From contig CM052817.1 in the NCBI GenBank assembly GCA_028534125.1, forward strand, positions 75,952,001 to 76,016,000: a DNA stretch of 64,000 nt, given 5' to 3'. Source of the stretch: Lama glama (taxonomy: Eukaryota). This document shows positions 39,621 to 53,739 of this stretch, piece after piece (the stretch's first letter is position 1; each line of letters starts with the position of its first letter). The position numbers and the translations under genes are program-made. Under the pieces are notes generated by a model, which was given only the letters and a program-made list of their open reading frames with translations, was not told where the DNA came from and ran no database searches.

Positions 39621-41974
39621 TCTTTAATGACATTTAGACAAACTCTTCTCATTTTTTCTCCGTTATTAGCTTCAGGAGAAAAAGAAAGAAAATACATTTT
39701 CTGTAGTCATTTTCTTTCCTTTTAATTTTTTTTAATGTATTTAGGATTCCTCTTCAAAGACTTCATGTTAAACTATCTAATCTTTAAATTGGCTTCAATA
39801 TGGCTGAAGAAGGAATCTCATCTATCTCCTATTTGTGGAAGGGCTAGGGGGCAGAGACCAAATTTGCAAGTGACTTTCTTCTGTCTGTTTGTTACCCCAA
39901 AACATAATAGTAATAATTAAATACTATAATTGCACCCCTAAACTCTTCATTTGGAGTTTTGAAAATTTCTAGATTTAAAGAACTCATCAAGCAGATAGTC
40001 TCTGAGCATATGGTAAGGTGAAAAATCATGCCTTGATGATAAAGGGGAAAAAAGAGTAAAAGAAAAAAGACGAACCCTTAAAGAAATTGCTGTTTGCAAG
40101 AGAGAACTAGAATATTTAGTGAATGCATAAATGAATATAAGGAAAGTTTTAGCAGAATGGTGCAATGTTTTCTCTGAAAGCAGCTAGCATGCCAAATATA
40201 TTGGGTCCTAGATTCCACAGTCAATACTTCACAAGTCTCAAATACTTTAAATCCTCATTACCAAGAAGACAGATTTCTAGGTTCTTAAAATTTCAAACAC
40301 ATTTTTAGAAGATCTTGGCGAGTTCAAGGAAAAAAGAATAAGATGTATATTAATACGATTCTGTTTTTTTAAAGCATTTAACATCTTCACCATAAAGTGT
40401 GCATTATACTTCAGGCTCACAGGAAGTAGACCCTAATGTAAAGTTAGTGTGAAAGATATTAATTATTTAATATTCTCAGGATTTACACCTGTGGTTAATT
40501 TTTAAAAAAGCATAGTGAATGTATGTTGGTTTTTACAGGGAAAGATTGTTGTTTAATTTGAACTGGAAATTTTTATACTTATCGTTAAATTCATTACTTA
40601 ATAAATCCATATAATTTTCCAATAGATAATTTGGGTTCTCACAGCATTTTTTCCCCCAGAGTTCTGTGTTAGAAAACTGAAGTCCTTCCTACCTCATAGT
40701 TGTCGGACAGACAACTCTGGGGAGTAGCTCTCAGGTTATTGTCTGCTCAGCCCAGGAGCTATGCGGGGTTCTGTCTTTCTGGGAGGCACGGCTAAGCCTG
40801 AGGAGGCTCCCTGTCCCAAGACTTGTGGGACTGGAGGGTTTGATGTCCTGATGCCAGGAATGTTTCCCAATGCTCATTTACAATAAACGTTGCTAATCTT
40901 GGCTGATGAAAATTAAAATTTCCCTGATAAGATCTGAAGGGAATTTAATCAAAAATGTTATCTTTTTTAAAACATAGGCTTTATAAAACTTGATTAGAGT
41001 ATTATGATTCAAAGTATATAACTTTTGAAAGAAGCTGCTCGTGTTTTAGCTGAAAATAATTTTAATTTATCGTAGAATTCAAAAGTGTAGGAAGTTACCA
41101 TACTCATTATCATTTTACCCAAGCATCCTCTCATTCCAAGGGAAAATACTGATCAGATTTGAGGAGCATGAGCACTCATTGTCTGCTCCACACTGACAGA
41201 GCTGTCAAGTGGGAGAAGCAGAGAAAATGTCTATCAGCAGCCAAAACTCATTTTCTTTCTCCCTGACACACTGTCTGGGTCATTATGTAGAGATTGTACT
41301 GTTGCTTTAGATGCCTTATGCTCTGTTAACATCCAGTGTCTCTTGATTTCTCAGAGTGAAATTGATTAGACATTTATTAGTAGTATTCTGCTAATTATTC
41401 CAGAAAAAAAAATGTAGAAGCAGAGAAAGGTCACCTACCATTATCCATATTCCTGTAACCTCAAAGTAACTAATAATAAATATTGTTTTATCTTTATCAC
41501 TTATGATGGATGTACATGCATCTTTTAGAAAATTAATGTTAAGGAATTGAACTCGTACTGCAATAATGATAATCATCTTTACCATTTCCATGATTCAGCA
41601 AATTGTTTGACTTTATAGATTTTACATTTCTGTTAAGCTTACAGTAATCCTTTTTTATAATGACTTTTTTCTGTAGGATAATTACTACCTAGTGCTTTCT
41701 CATTATAATATTGATTCTAATCTTACAGTAACCTTAGAAACTCAGTCTTGTGATAATGCCACATCCCTTATCTCTCCTTTCCCATTTGCTTTCATCTCAA
41801 TGAATGCCATTCTCTCTTTCCTTTTGAGTTATATACATATATTTTTAAATATATATTAAAATTTCTCTGTGGAAATGTGAGGGCATACACATACATGCAA
41901 AAACCCAAAAAGCTAATTTTTTGTTCTTATATATATAGTACATATATATATAGTATATCTATATTTTATAGATA

Positions 41975-42930
41975 TATTTTTTTTTTACTGAAGTATAGTC
42001 AGTTTACAATGTTGTGTCAATTTCTGGTATGCAGCATAAGGCTTCAGTCATACATGAGCATACATATATTCATTTTCATACTCTTTTTCATCATAAGTTA
42101 CTACAAGATATTGCATATTGTTTCCTGTGCTATACAATATAAACTTGTTGTTTATATATTTTATATATATTAGTTAGTATCTGCAGATCTTGACTCCCTG
42201 CTTATCCCTTCCCACCCCTATCCCCCTGGAAACCGTAAGTTTGTTTTCTATGTCTGTGAGTCTGTTTCTGTTTTGTAGATAGGTTCATTTGTGTCCTTTT
42301 CTTTAGATTACACATATAAGTGATATCATATAGTGTTTTGCTTTCTCTTTCTGGCTTAATTCACTTAGAATGACAATCTCCAGTTCCATCCATGTTGCTG
42401 TAAATGACATTATTTTATTATTTTTTATGGCTAAATAGTATTCCATTATATAAATATACCACCTCTTCTTTATCCAGTCATCTGTTGATGGACATTTAGG
42501 CTGTTTCCATGTCTTGGCTACTGTAAATAGTGCTGCTATGAACACTGGGGTGCAGGTATCTTTTTGAATTAAGATTCCCTCTGGATATATGCCCAGGAGT
42601 GGGATTGCTGGGTCATATGGTAAGTCTATTTTTAGCCTTTTGAGGAATATCCATACTGTTTTCCATAATGGCTACACCAAACTACATTCCCACCAACAGT
42701 GTAGGAGGGGTCCCTTTTCTCCACAGCCCCTCCAGCATTTATCATTTCTGGACTCTTGAATGATGGCCATTTTTACTGGTGTGACGTGATACCTCATTGT
42801 AGTTTTGATTAGCATTTCTCTGATAATTAACAATACTAATCATTTTTTCATGTGCCTATTGGCCATTTGTGTGTCTTCACTGGAGAATTGCTTGTTTAGG
42901 TTCTGCCCATTTTTGGATTGAGTTTTTTGT
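41975..42930 (-). mobile_element. Young L1 3' portion (ORF2 C-terminus + 3' UTR)
   Basis: ORF 42303-42545 (MFIAALFTVAKTWKQPKCPSTDDWIKK...) is the L1 ORF2 C-terminus; poly-T tail at about 41975. Confidence 0.92.
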
Positions 42931-42934
42931 TTAA

Positions 42935-43868
42935 TTTTTAATTTCTTTTTTTAAAATTTATTTTATTGAAGCATAGTTGACCTACAAAGTTATATTAGTT
43001 TCAGGTATACAACATACTGACTTGATACTTATATACGTTATGAATTGATCACCATGGTAAGTTTAGTAACCATCTCTCCCCATACAAAATTATTGCAATA
43101 TTACTAACTATATTCCCCATGATGTACATGATCTTCCAGTGACTTATTTACTTTACAACTGGTAGTTTGTACCTCTTACCCCCTTCACCTATTTCACCCA
43201 ACCCTGCATAACCTCTCTTCTGGAGACCACCAGTTTGTTCTCTGTAGCTGTGAGCCTGTTTCTGTTTTGTTTTGTTTCTTTGTTTTGTTTTCTAGATTCC
43301 ACATAAAACCGAAATCATATAGTATTTGTCTTTCTATACCTGACTTATTTCACTGAGCATACTACCTTCCAGGTCCTTTCATGTTGTTGCAAATGTCAAA
43401 ATTTCATTTTTTTCAAGGCTGAGTAGTATTCCTAAATGTATATTCACACACCCGTTTTCTTTATCCATTTATCTATTGATAAACACTTAGGTTGCTTCCA
43501 TATCTTGGCTATTGTAAATTATGTTGCAGTGAACAGAGGGGTGCATGTATCTTTTCAATTTTGTGATTTCATTTTCTTTGAGTAAATACCCAGAAGTGGA
43601 CTTGCTGGATCATATAGTCGTTCTATTATTAATTTTTTGAGGAACCTCTGTATTGTTTTCCATAGTAGCTGCACCAATTTATAATCCCACCAGTAGTGCA
43701 CAAGTGTTCATTTTCTTCCACATCCTCACCAGCAACTGTTTTGTTGTCTTTTTGATAATAGCCATTCTGATAGGTATGAGGTGAGATGTCTCATTATGGT
43801 TCTGATTTGCATTTCCCTGGTGATTAGTGTTGAGCATCTTTTCTTGTATCTGTCAGCCATCTGTATGG
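42935..43868 (-). mobile_element. Older L1MA-type 3' portion
   Basis: Second tail 'ttttattgaagcatagttgacc', a different 3' UTR, then antisense ORF2 end. Confidence 0.85.
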
Positions 43869-44199
43869 GAACTAGGGCTGTCAAAATAGTAAGACTTGTA
43901 AATCCATCTAGGATAAAAGACAGATTTCTTTTCTATAAAATTTTACAGCTTATTCTGGAATTCTAGCAAAGCCAAAAAGAATTAATGTGAACATTTTATT
44001 TATTAAATGAACATGGAGAGTATGAGTAACAGAAATGACATTTCCTCTGATTTCCTTTATCCATATAAAAACAAGTGTACCATCTTAGAAAGAGCTGAGA
44101 CACATTATCAACAAGAGAAAATAGCCCAAAATTTTCAGAAGAAAATTAATATTGAGTACTACCAGATATTAAATTTAATTAAGTAAAACTTACAGAGTC

Positions 44200-44720
44200 T
44201 AGATTTTAATATAAAAGGGGCAACTAGTGCATCATATTCTATAGCTTTTTAAAGAATAATGGAGACAGAAATCATTAAAAATGCACAGATATATGACCCA
44301 AGAATTACATTTATAAGAATTTATCCTCTGCAAATGTACATATATATACAAAGGTATCTGTACAAGAATGTCAATCATAGTATTGTTTATAATAATAAAA
44401 AATCAGGAATAAACTACTCAACATAAGGTGATGCATTGAATAAATTAGTTTGATTTATTCAATAAAACATAAGCTATATTTAAAATTGATACTGTTTATT
44501 ATATCAATATATAATAATGAACATTCTTTGTATACTATGAATTGATTTTATAATGAGTATGTTTATAATTATATACATACATATTCTAGAAAATATGTAG
44601 AAAAAGTTTAATATTGATTATCCATAAATGATAAAATTATATGATTTAAATTTTTATTGTCATTCTATAATGTAGTTGATTTCACCCCAGTGAGTATATA
44701 TTACTTTTATAATGAGAGTT
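44200..44720 (+). mobile_element. L1ME-like 3' fragment
   Basis: 'atatgacccaagaattacatttataagaatttatcct...gtacaagaatgtc...tattgtttataata'. Confidence 0.55.
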
Positions 44721-45518
44721 GTGTTTATAAAAATAATCTCTTTGAATCTCTAAACTATTACATTAGAGTAAAATGATAGGTAACCTATAAATATAAAACT
44801 ATATCAAATAAAATGCATAATATTTATAGAGTGAAAGGCTGCAATCACTTAGTATATAGTGTCTAAATGTTTTTTAAAGTTTCAATAAGTAGCTATGAAT
44901 AATTTTTCCAATAATGGTTGTAGAAGTGGTAGAATTATACAGCATGTTGTAATTAAATCACTCCAATAGAAAAACTGCAAAAATGAATTATCTATGTGGT
45001 ATATATTTATGAACACACAACAATAGAAGGACAGTGAAAAAACTATTCCATTTTATTTGATTAAATGTCATTTTACTCATATTTTCTCAATATTAACTAA
45101 TCACATTTGATCAAGGTGGTTATAGTTTATCATTTAGTCTCTGATTCCATTTGGCACACTGTAGAAAACTTCTTAAAAAATTACTTTCTCTCTAATATGA
45201 TGAACATTATGTAGTAATAAAAAGAAAAAAAAAAGCAGTAGCTCCTCAAGTTTTTGTGTATGTTTAAGGGGCAATGCAGTAGTCATTTGAGAGAAAGCCT
45301 TAGGTATTCTTAGGATTTGGTAATATGCAGATTATTTGGGGAAACTTACACTTTCTTCTTACAGAAGCCAAGTAGCAAGGCATAGTAACCAAAAATCAAT
45401 AAATGTAAACTCTACTCAAAATATATTTTGTTAGTTTCATATCTTGTATATATGTATATGTTTGAAGATTATTAATAGAACACATTGATCAATTCATTCA
45501 TAAACAAAGCTTTTCCTT

Positions 45519-46494
45519 TTTTTAACATTTTTTATTGAGTTATAGTCATTTTACAATGTCATGTCAAATTCCAGTGTAGAGCACAATTTTTCATGAGCAT
45601 ACATACATTCATTGTTACATTCTTTTTCACCGTGAGCTACAAGATCTTGTATATATTTCTCTGTGCTATACAGTATAATCTTATTTATCTATTCTACATA
45701 TGCCTGTCAGTATCTACAAATTTTGAACTCCCAGCCTGTCCCTTCCTTCCTCCCTCCTTGGCAACCACAAGTTTGTATTCTATGTCTCTTGAGTCTGTTT
45801 CTGTTTTATATTTATGTTCTTTTTTTTTTTTTTATTCCACATATGAGCAATCTCATATGGTATTTTTCTTTCTCTTCCTGGCTTACTTCACTTAGAATGA
45901 CATTCTCCAGAAACATCCATGTTGCTGCAAATGGCATTATGTTGTCAGTTTTTTATGGCTGAATAGTGTATGCCATTGTATAAATATACCACCTCTTCTT
46001 TATCCAGTCATCTGTTGATGGACATTTAGGCTGTTTCCATGTCTTGGCTACTGTAAATAGTGTGCTGCTATGAACATTGGGGTGCAGGTGTCATTTTGAA
46101 ATAGAGTTCCTTCTGGATATATGCCCAGGAGCGGATTACTGGGTCATATGGTAAGTCTATTCCTAGTCTTTTGAGGAATCTCCATACTATTTTCCACAGG
46201 GGCTGCACCAAACTGCATTCCCACCAGCAGTCTAGGAGGGTTCCCTTTTCTCCACAGCCTCTCTAGCATTTGTCATTTGTGGACTTTTGAATGATGGCCA
46301 TTCTGACTGGTGTGAGGTGACACCTCATTGTGGTTTTGATTTGCATTCCTCTGATAATTAGTGATAGTGAGCATTTTTTTGTGTGCCTATTGATCATTTG
46401 TATTTCTTCCTTGGAGAATTGCTTGTTTAGGTCTTCTGCCAATTTTTGAATTGGGTTGTTGTTTTTTTCTTATTAAGACATATGAGCTGCTTAT
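45519..46494 (-). mobile_element. Young 5'-truncated L1
   Basis: Perfect 16-bp TSD aacaaagcttttcctt (45503-45518, 46495-46510) around antisense ORF2 end and 3' UTR. Confidence 0.93.
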
Positions 46495-48243
46495 AACAAA
46501 GCTTTTCCTTGATAATGAGTATATCTATGTAAATGATAACCAAAAGTAAATTAACTTTAGATTAAATCAAATTTCTATTCATTCTTATATACAGATCAAA
46601 TTCATACAACTCTACAAAATGCCAAGTATTTACAACTTGATATAATAAATAAGGTTTTTGCTTCAGAAATGACTATAATTCATAGCAGAAATTTATATTA
46701 ACTAATCAGAAAGTATGTTTTATTTTCCAACACATTTTATTAGACATGTAACAAGGCATAATGGTATGCAAGTTATTAAAATCTGCTAATGAGGTATGAC
46801 ACACATGTACTACTTACTGAGGTTTCTGTAATCATGGCTTTTTCAAGCCCCATTATGTTTTGGGCATCATAGACTATATTTGATTAAGAAAAACATGTTT
46901 ACGCAGCAGCTGTCTGGTCATTTCCAGAATGTCTCTTACTGACACAACATTTTTCTGGAATTGTTCTATACATGATGGGCATCAAAGCATAACAATATTG
47001 TCGTGGCCATGAAAAGTCACTGATTAGAGCTGACAGTTATGCTACAGGAAGATAAATTCAGCCCAATTCTATAGATAGATTGAATTTCACAAACTTTTTT
47101 TTCACTCTTAAGGGAATCAAAACAACTAAATCAGTGAGAAAGAAAATAATCTAGCACAGTGATTATTAATAAAAACAACAATAAAAGTCAAGGAGCCACT
47201 TTTTTTCCTACATATAAACTATACATACACAGAAATGCATTCTGGGTAGAGTAATCCCAGAATCTTGCCATTTCTCTGGACTTTCTCCGTGACTGACTAG
47301 ACATGTGACTTGTAAAACTTCTTAATGTCGTTCCTCATGATGATCAATATGCCAACCTTATCTTTATGTTTGAATACTGGCTGTTATTTCAACTATGGCA
47401 TTAGTGAAATTGCTAATTCTTAGTTCCAAAAAAAAGGAGAAATATGTAGCTGTTAAAGGATTTCATGGGACAAATCATGGTTGAAAAGTATTGGCCCTTC
47501 CCATCCCACTCCCCATATCTAGAGAGTCTAGGAGCAAGACAATGGGTAGCCAATATTTTGGGAGGCTGATGAGACCAGAAGTTTAGGTACTTCAGCTATT
47601 TTGGTTTGATTTTGTATGTATGTTTTCTCTGAATTTTCTAGAAGTGCTCACTTCTAAGTTTTTAACTGTCATAGGGGTGTCAAAACTAACCAGAGAAGGA
47701 CCAGTAGTGTAAATCCCTAAGACCTAAAGGAATTTCTGGTTCTTTAGCGGCTCCCTTTGATATCCGTGACTTCCACATCAAGAAAACATATTTGGAAATG
47801 ATGAGATGCTGCTTAGCAGTTGTCCTCAGCATCTTATGGGTTCCAAAATCACAAATAAAGTAAATCCACCCAGACCCAGGTACAGTCCAGGGCTACACAT
47901 AATGTCCAGTCAGGCTGTGGCAGATCCCCATACCCCACACATCCACGAGGTGCCTTCCACGTAGACCACCATCTAAGTGGCTCTCCACCATGCTGTTTAA
48001 TGTGGTGGCCTTGATCAGTACCAAGAAAAACAAAAACAAAATATACAACAAACAACCACCACCACAAAACCTGCTGACCCACTGAGGGAATGAAATCCAA
48101 ACCAGAATACTGTAAAGAAGCCAAATGATGTACTTAGGCCAAGCAGGATGGATTTAATTAGGTAGGCAGAAGCATCACATTACACTCACAACTGAAGTTC
48201 CGTTCTTCCAAACCAACTTAACGTATGCAAGGAATTAAAAATG

Positions 48244-48724
48244 CATTTGTCCATAGATATCCTCAGGGGATTGGTTCCAGAACACACTCCCTGCAAGATA
48301 CCAAAATTCACAGATGGTGAAGTCTCATATAAAATGATGCAGTATTTGCAAATAACCTATGCACATCTTCCTGAATGCTTTAAATCATCTCTAGATTACT
48401 TGTAGTATCTAGTACAGTGTAACACAATGTAAATAATTACCAGCACACAGCTAATTTAAGTTTTGCTTTTTGGAACTTACTGGATTTTTTTTTAAATTGA
48501 AGTATAGTTGATTAACGATATTGTATTAGTTTCAGGTGTACAGCAAAGAGATTGAGTTACATATGTATTACAGATCCTTTTGCTTTATAGTTTATTACAA
48601 GATATTGAATATAGTTTCCTGTGCTATATAGTAAGTTCTCATTTTTTGAATTTTTAAAAAATATTGTAGATTTGTAGTTGATTGAATATGTGGATGGAGA
48701 ACCCACAATATGAAGAGTTGACTG
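48244..48724 (+). mobile_element. MER2-type Tigger interrupted by an antisense L1 3' end (about 48485-48645)
   Basis: MER2 text on both sides of 'ttgaagtatagttgatt...ttagtttcaggtgtacagc'. Confidence 0.8.
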
Positions 48725-48797
48725 TAGATCACTTGGTTCACCAGTGGGGAAGCAGCTTCTGATATTATAAAACCTGGTCTCATTACTTCAGCCACAA

Positions 48798-49571
48798 TGT
48801 AGGACTGAGACTAGTGAAGTCAAAACAGCCTATTCATGTATGACTGAAGCATTATGCTGTACACCAGAAATTGACATAACACTGTAAACTGACTATACTT
48901 CAATTTTTTTAAAAAAGTAAAAAAACAAAACAAAACAAAAAAAAAACCCCAAAACAGCTACTTCTGGTGCTGATAAAGGCTCCAACTGGGGTAAGCTGAC
49001 ACCAACAATCAATAAATTAATTAAAACATGAATATTCAGGCCTTTTGAAAGCCATTTTATTTGACAGAGTAACATGAGGTGCTGAGCTTCGATCAAGAAA
49101 CAAAAACAAAACAGCACCTAAAATACTGACCATTTTAAACTGTTTTTTTCCCCCTTAAAACAGGTGGTTGAGTAATCAAACTTGGAATTATTTTAGACAC
49201 AGCACTGCACATGTGCAAGATGAGAACCCTTGTCTCCAGGATGACCCCAGAACCAAGAATCTTCAGTCTACAGAATTTAAAGAATAGAAAACCCTTCACA
49301 AAGGGAAAAGCCCTTCAATAAGAAAAATCTGGCTTCCAACCACACGAGTAGCTTATATGGCCTGATTCAGGACTAGCCAATCAGCTCCTAAGATTGAAAT
49401 TCCTCTACCTTCTTCAGTTGTGCTCAGAACGCTGGATCCAGGAAACAGATTTCAGAGTCTTGCTTCTTGTCTCCTTGCTGAATGACCTTGCAGTAAAGCT
49501 ATTTTCTCAAAAGCCAGTGCCCTGGTATTGGCCTCCATGCACCTCGGGCAGTGCGCCCTTCCTCAGTGACA
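48798..49571 (+). mobile_element. ERV1 5' LTR, with an L1 tail inserted at about 48830-48949
   Basis: TG...CA ends, CCAAT box at about 49377, agtaaa at about 49492, followed directly by a PBS. The L1 insert has a 9-bp TSD caaaacagc (48821-48829, 48950-48958). Confidence 0.7.
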
Positions 49572-50400
49572 ATTTTGCTGACCATGAAGGGGCTTAGGTC
49601 TTGTGACCATGCGCCCCAGGCGCTGCAGCCCCCGGCAGAGTAGGGGCCCTTGCCACCAACACTGCGTGGCCACCTCAACTGAATCCGTCTAGAGAGTCAG
49701 CTGTCGGCTCCTGCTTTCCTGCTGCTGCACTCCAGGCCCCTCCTGCTACTTTGAGAGAAGAAACAGCTCCTGGTTCAGACCTTTTGGGTGAGTTGACCTT
49801 GTTAAAGCTCGCCTGTGCCTAAATTGTCTAATAATCTCCTCAGAATTGTGGGTTACAGCCTCATCCTAAGGGAGACAATATAACAGGGTACAGCAGCTGA
49901 GGTACTCAGAGAATCGGGTCATCACCCCAAACTCTGGGTTAGAGTCTAAGGCCTTTGGACTTTGTCTGTGTCTCTTTTACTTGTTAGGATTGGGTATGAG
50001 GGCGTGGCTTTTGGATGCCTGTAGTGAAATGTCTTGGACCTGATACTAATGAAGGTCCTCTGACTGTGGAGATAAAAGGCTTTGCTCTCTGACTGCAAAC
50101 CTTGCCTTACGGAGGTACGGGGTTGGGGTAGGGGTGTTTCACCCTCTCCCAACATAATCGCCTGGCGGTGTTGATACAGGTGTGTATTCTTAATGAAACC
50201 AGCCCTGATTACCTTGTTGAGTGAGAAGGTAAAGAAGAAACGAGGGCGTGTGAAGCAGGAAAACTCCCTACCCCAGAAGAACGTCCCCCGTGCCTGTGTT
50301 AAAGGAATTTTATACAGACACGTTCTGGATTTTTCCTCACTGAAAATTTTAACCTGTTTTTGTATGAACCAAACTAGCAGGGAGTTAATCTTGAGCAATT
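49572..50400 (+). mobile_element. ERV1 PBS (tRNA-Arg-like) and 5' leader, truncated provirus
   Basis: 'ttttgctgaccatgaaggg' resembles TGGCGACCACGAAGGG; splice-donor-like gggtgagt at 49786. No gag ORF or 3' LTR seen. Confidence 0.6.
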
Positions 50401-50979
50401 TTCAAGTGTGTGTGTGTATACATCATATATATATATACATACATACATATGTGTGTGTGTTAAAAAGGAAAGTTTGCCAGGAGAAACAAATTTTGGGGGT
50501 AGAGCTAAAGACCATGGACTAAATGAGGCCTCAGACTGGATATATTCGATCTGGAAATTGCCCAGATGTCTAGATTAGCTTGTCTGTGATCTTTGCTGGG
50601 GAATTAAAATGTGTTGGTCATCTACCAGAAGTATTAAACCCCAGCATGCTCAAAGGAAGTGAAGGCTTGAGTGTTTTCATCTGTATATTCATGACTAACT
50701 CTCTGAGATTCAGCTCTGAGTCTAAGACGGTGTCCTCATCTTGCTTTTCCACCTCTTCCACCCTCCTCCTCATCAGGTGGGACCATAGTATTGCTTCTAT
50801 GAGCTTTGGGCAGCGAACTCTTGCTTGTACCAAAAAAATATTATTAGTACCTTAATAAAAAGTACTAATTGATGAAATGGAGACTTAGGGAAGAGAGTAA
50901 TCAATTTAATCTTATCTGGGCATAAATGGGGTTCTCCAATTTTCTATTTTATGAAAGATGGGAAGAGTTTGAATCATAA

Positions 50980-51210
50980 GGTGCAGTGATAAGGGGATAA
51001 GTCTGGAGTAGAGGCACTAGGGTTGAATGTTGACTCTGTCACCCAGTGGCTGTGATTTTGGGCAGCTTGGTTAAGGGTTTTATTGGTTTCTTTATCTATG
51101 GGTACAATGATAGAACTTGTGTCTCAGGTTTACTTTGAGCAGTTAATATTAAAAAAGACTTGCAAGATTTCTCAGCTCACAATAAGCACTACGTGTATTA
51201 GAGTTATCAT
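50980..51210 (+). mobile_element. MIR SINE
   Basis: 'gggttgaatgttgactctgtcac...gctgtgattttgggcag'. Confidence 0.6.
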
Positions 51211-51214
51211 TGAC

Positions 51215-51950
51215 CAAGTTAGGGAAGACTGCAGATAGAACAGCTGTGGAGGATGAGAAACAAGGGTCTACTTTCATGCATACAGAGTGTAAGACGTCTA
51301 TTACACTTAAGTTCAGAAGTACAGAGTGAGATAAATGAATGATTCCAGAAAGCGGGATGAAGAATCCCGAGTTCTGGGATTTTCCAATATTAAGGTATCA
51401 GGGAAAAGAAGAATTAGTAAAAGAAACTGAAAGGAATATTCAATAAGATTAGAATAAGTAAAAAGATGATATATTAGGATATTTTAGAAAGTGAAAAACA
51501 TCCAGGGGGATAGAGGAATCCCAGTGACAATTACTGCTGATGCTAAAAAGGACTTGGAATTGGCAAGAGAGGACTACAGTGTTGACTTTAACCTTGACAT
51601 GAGCAGGTTTATTATGGTGGTGTGAGCAAAGTCTAATTAGAGTAATTTTAAGAGAAAAACTTAGTTACTATAAATCTTTTGAGTTTTGCTGGAAGGAAGA
51701 ACAAAAAGATGGGTTAATAACTGTCAAGAGAAAGAGGACCAAGAGTATTTTCTCTTATTTTTAAAAATATTTTCAAGTAGGAATAATAGCAACATACTTG
51801 CATGTTGATGGGATTCATTCAGTAGAAAGAGAAAACTGGTATGGAAAATGACTGGATGGACATCCTAGACAAAGTGAGAGAGAATGGAAATTCGTGCTCA
51901 AAGGAAAGGATTGATTTTAGATAAAAGCACTGATAGTTTATATATAAGCA
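51215..51950 (-). mobile_element. L2 fragment
   Basis: Purine-rich antisense L2 text 'ggaattggcaagagaggac...accttgacatgagcaggttt'. Confidence 0.5.
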
Positions 51951-52514
51951 GGGTATGACTTTTCCCAAATTGTGTTCTGATTGATTCACCTATTTTGGCT
52001 CCAGCTTTTCATTAAGTATTCTAGGCTCCTTAAATACTGTAATCAATACATAATTGAATCTCCAAATACAGAAATGGGTGCAATATGTAGTTGAGATACT
52101 TCGTTCCCACAAAATAAAGCTGAATATATGGCAACTTGAACATAAAATTGACTTATAAATGTATTCACAGAGTTGCATCTTCCATAGTTTCCTAAACCAT
52201 TGAGGTTTATCCATGAGGGTCCTCGACTTTCATATATTTAAAGTCAAGGGGTTCTGACAAGTTTTTTGGAAAACGCCCAGGAAACAAAATCAGTAACTCT
52301 AAGGACAGGTACGGAAGCTATAGCATGTTAGATAGCAGTGGGCACTCAGTAAATTCTTGTCAAACAGAACTTGATTTGGGGATTCTGTTTTGGTATTCCA
52401 GGCTCTGGTGTCAGGTTCATAAGGTCAGCACATGTAAAACTGAACACTTTGTTGACGAGATTTATATCTGCAACTCTAAGGCAGCCAAACTCCACCTGAT
52501 TTGCATTAGTTATT

Positions 52515-52945
52515 TTAGTAAGCATAATAATTATCCTAAAGATGTCCAAGTTCTAATCTCAGAATATCTTACTGTATATGTCGGAAGGGACTTCGTTAGT
52601 ATGATTAAGGTTAAGGACTGCGAGATGAAGTTTATTCTGGATTATTCATATGGATCTGATGTAATGACACAGAGAGAGACAGGAGGATCAGAGTCAGAGG
52701 TGTGATGACACAGCAGAGGTAGGAGTGATGTGGCAACAACCCACAAAATACAAGCTCTAGAAGGTAGAAAATGCAAGAATTGGATTCTCCCCCACGACCT
52801 CTAAATGGAACACACCTCTGCCAACACCTCGATTTTTAGTCCATTGTGACTCAAGACTTCTGACCTCAAGAACTGTAAGATAATTAGTTTTGTGCAAACC
52901 ACTAATTTTGTGGTAATTTGTTCCAGTAGAAACATTGGGAAATGT
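52515..52945 (+). mobile_element. MLT1C/D LTR
   Basis: 'cctaaagatgtccaagttctaatc...ttctgacctcaagaactgtaagataa...gtggtaatttgtt'. Confidence 0.8.
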
Positions 52946-53739
52946 CAAAAATATGAGGAAAGTAATGCAGCTATGAACCAATAAATATGCAGTAATAAGT
53001 ACTTTATGTAAATGTAAAAGTATGAATTATATGTTCATGATATGTAAATTTCTTAGTGACATGTCTTAAAATTAACAAATGATAGATATTAAATATAAAT
53101 AAACAATGATTTACCTTATGGAAAGCAGAGATAAATTATAAGACAGTATTAAAATTAATTGTTAAGATAAACTTTTTTTTAGAAATTGGGTAAAATTTGA
53201 CTAAAAGTATTATATATAAAAATTTTAATAGAGAAATATTCAAGTCAAAAATATTTCTAAATACACCATATTGGTTCTCTCAGCTAATGATTCGTCTGGC
53301 CAAAAAATGCAAAGATAAATCATAGACTTTTGAGACAGTCCTATACCAAGCTGGGTGGCTTCTTAGGTGACAATTATCAATTCTCTCTCTCCCTTTCTTT
53401 TTCAACTTTTATTCTCTGTCTCCGTGTTTCTCTTTTATTCTTCCAAATTTAATAGCATATATCAAGGAAAAACATCACTTTAGACCCACTTTTAGAGTAA
53501 ACCCCAACTGTAAATTAAATGCCTAAATAGAAGTGTGTGTGTGTGTATATTTAAATGAGTGACCTGATGAAGATAATATTATGCACGAATATTATCTTTC
53601 AAGCAGTCAAAATGTGATGGAGAGGACTATAACAAGAGAAAAAGACTTAGCTCTGAGGTCATGATGGACATATCTTCCTTTGAAGAACTCTGTCAGTCCT
53701 ATTACATACTAATTCTTCTCAGCACATTTGATTTGAACA

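Noticed and set aside
49946..50522. 150-aa and 109-aa ORFs
   Set aside because: They lie in the ERV leader and a TG/TA microsatellite and show no gag or other protein motifs.
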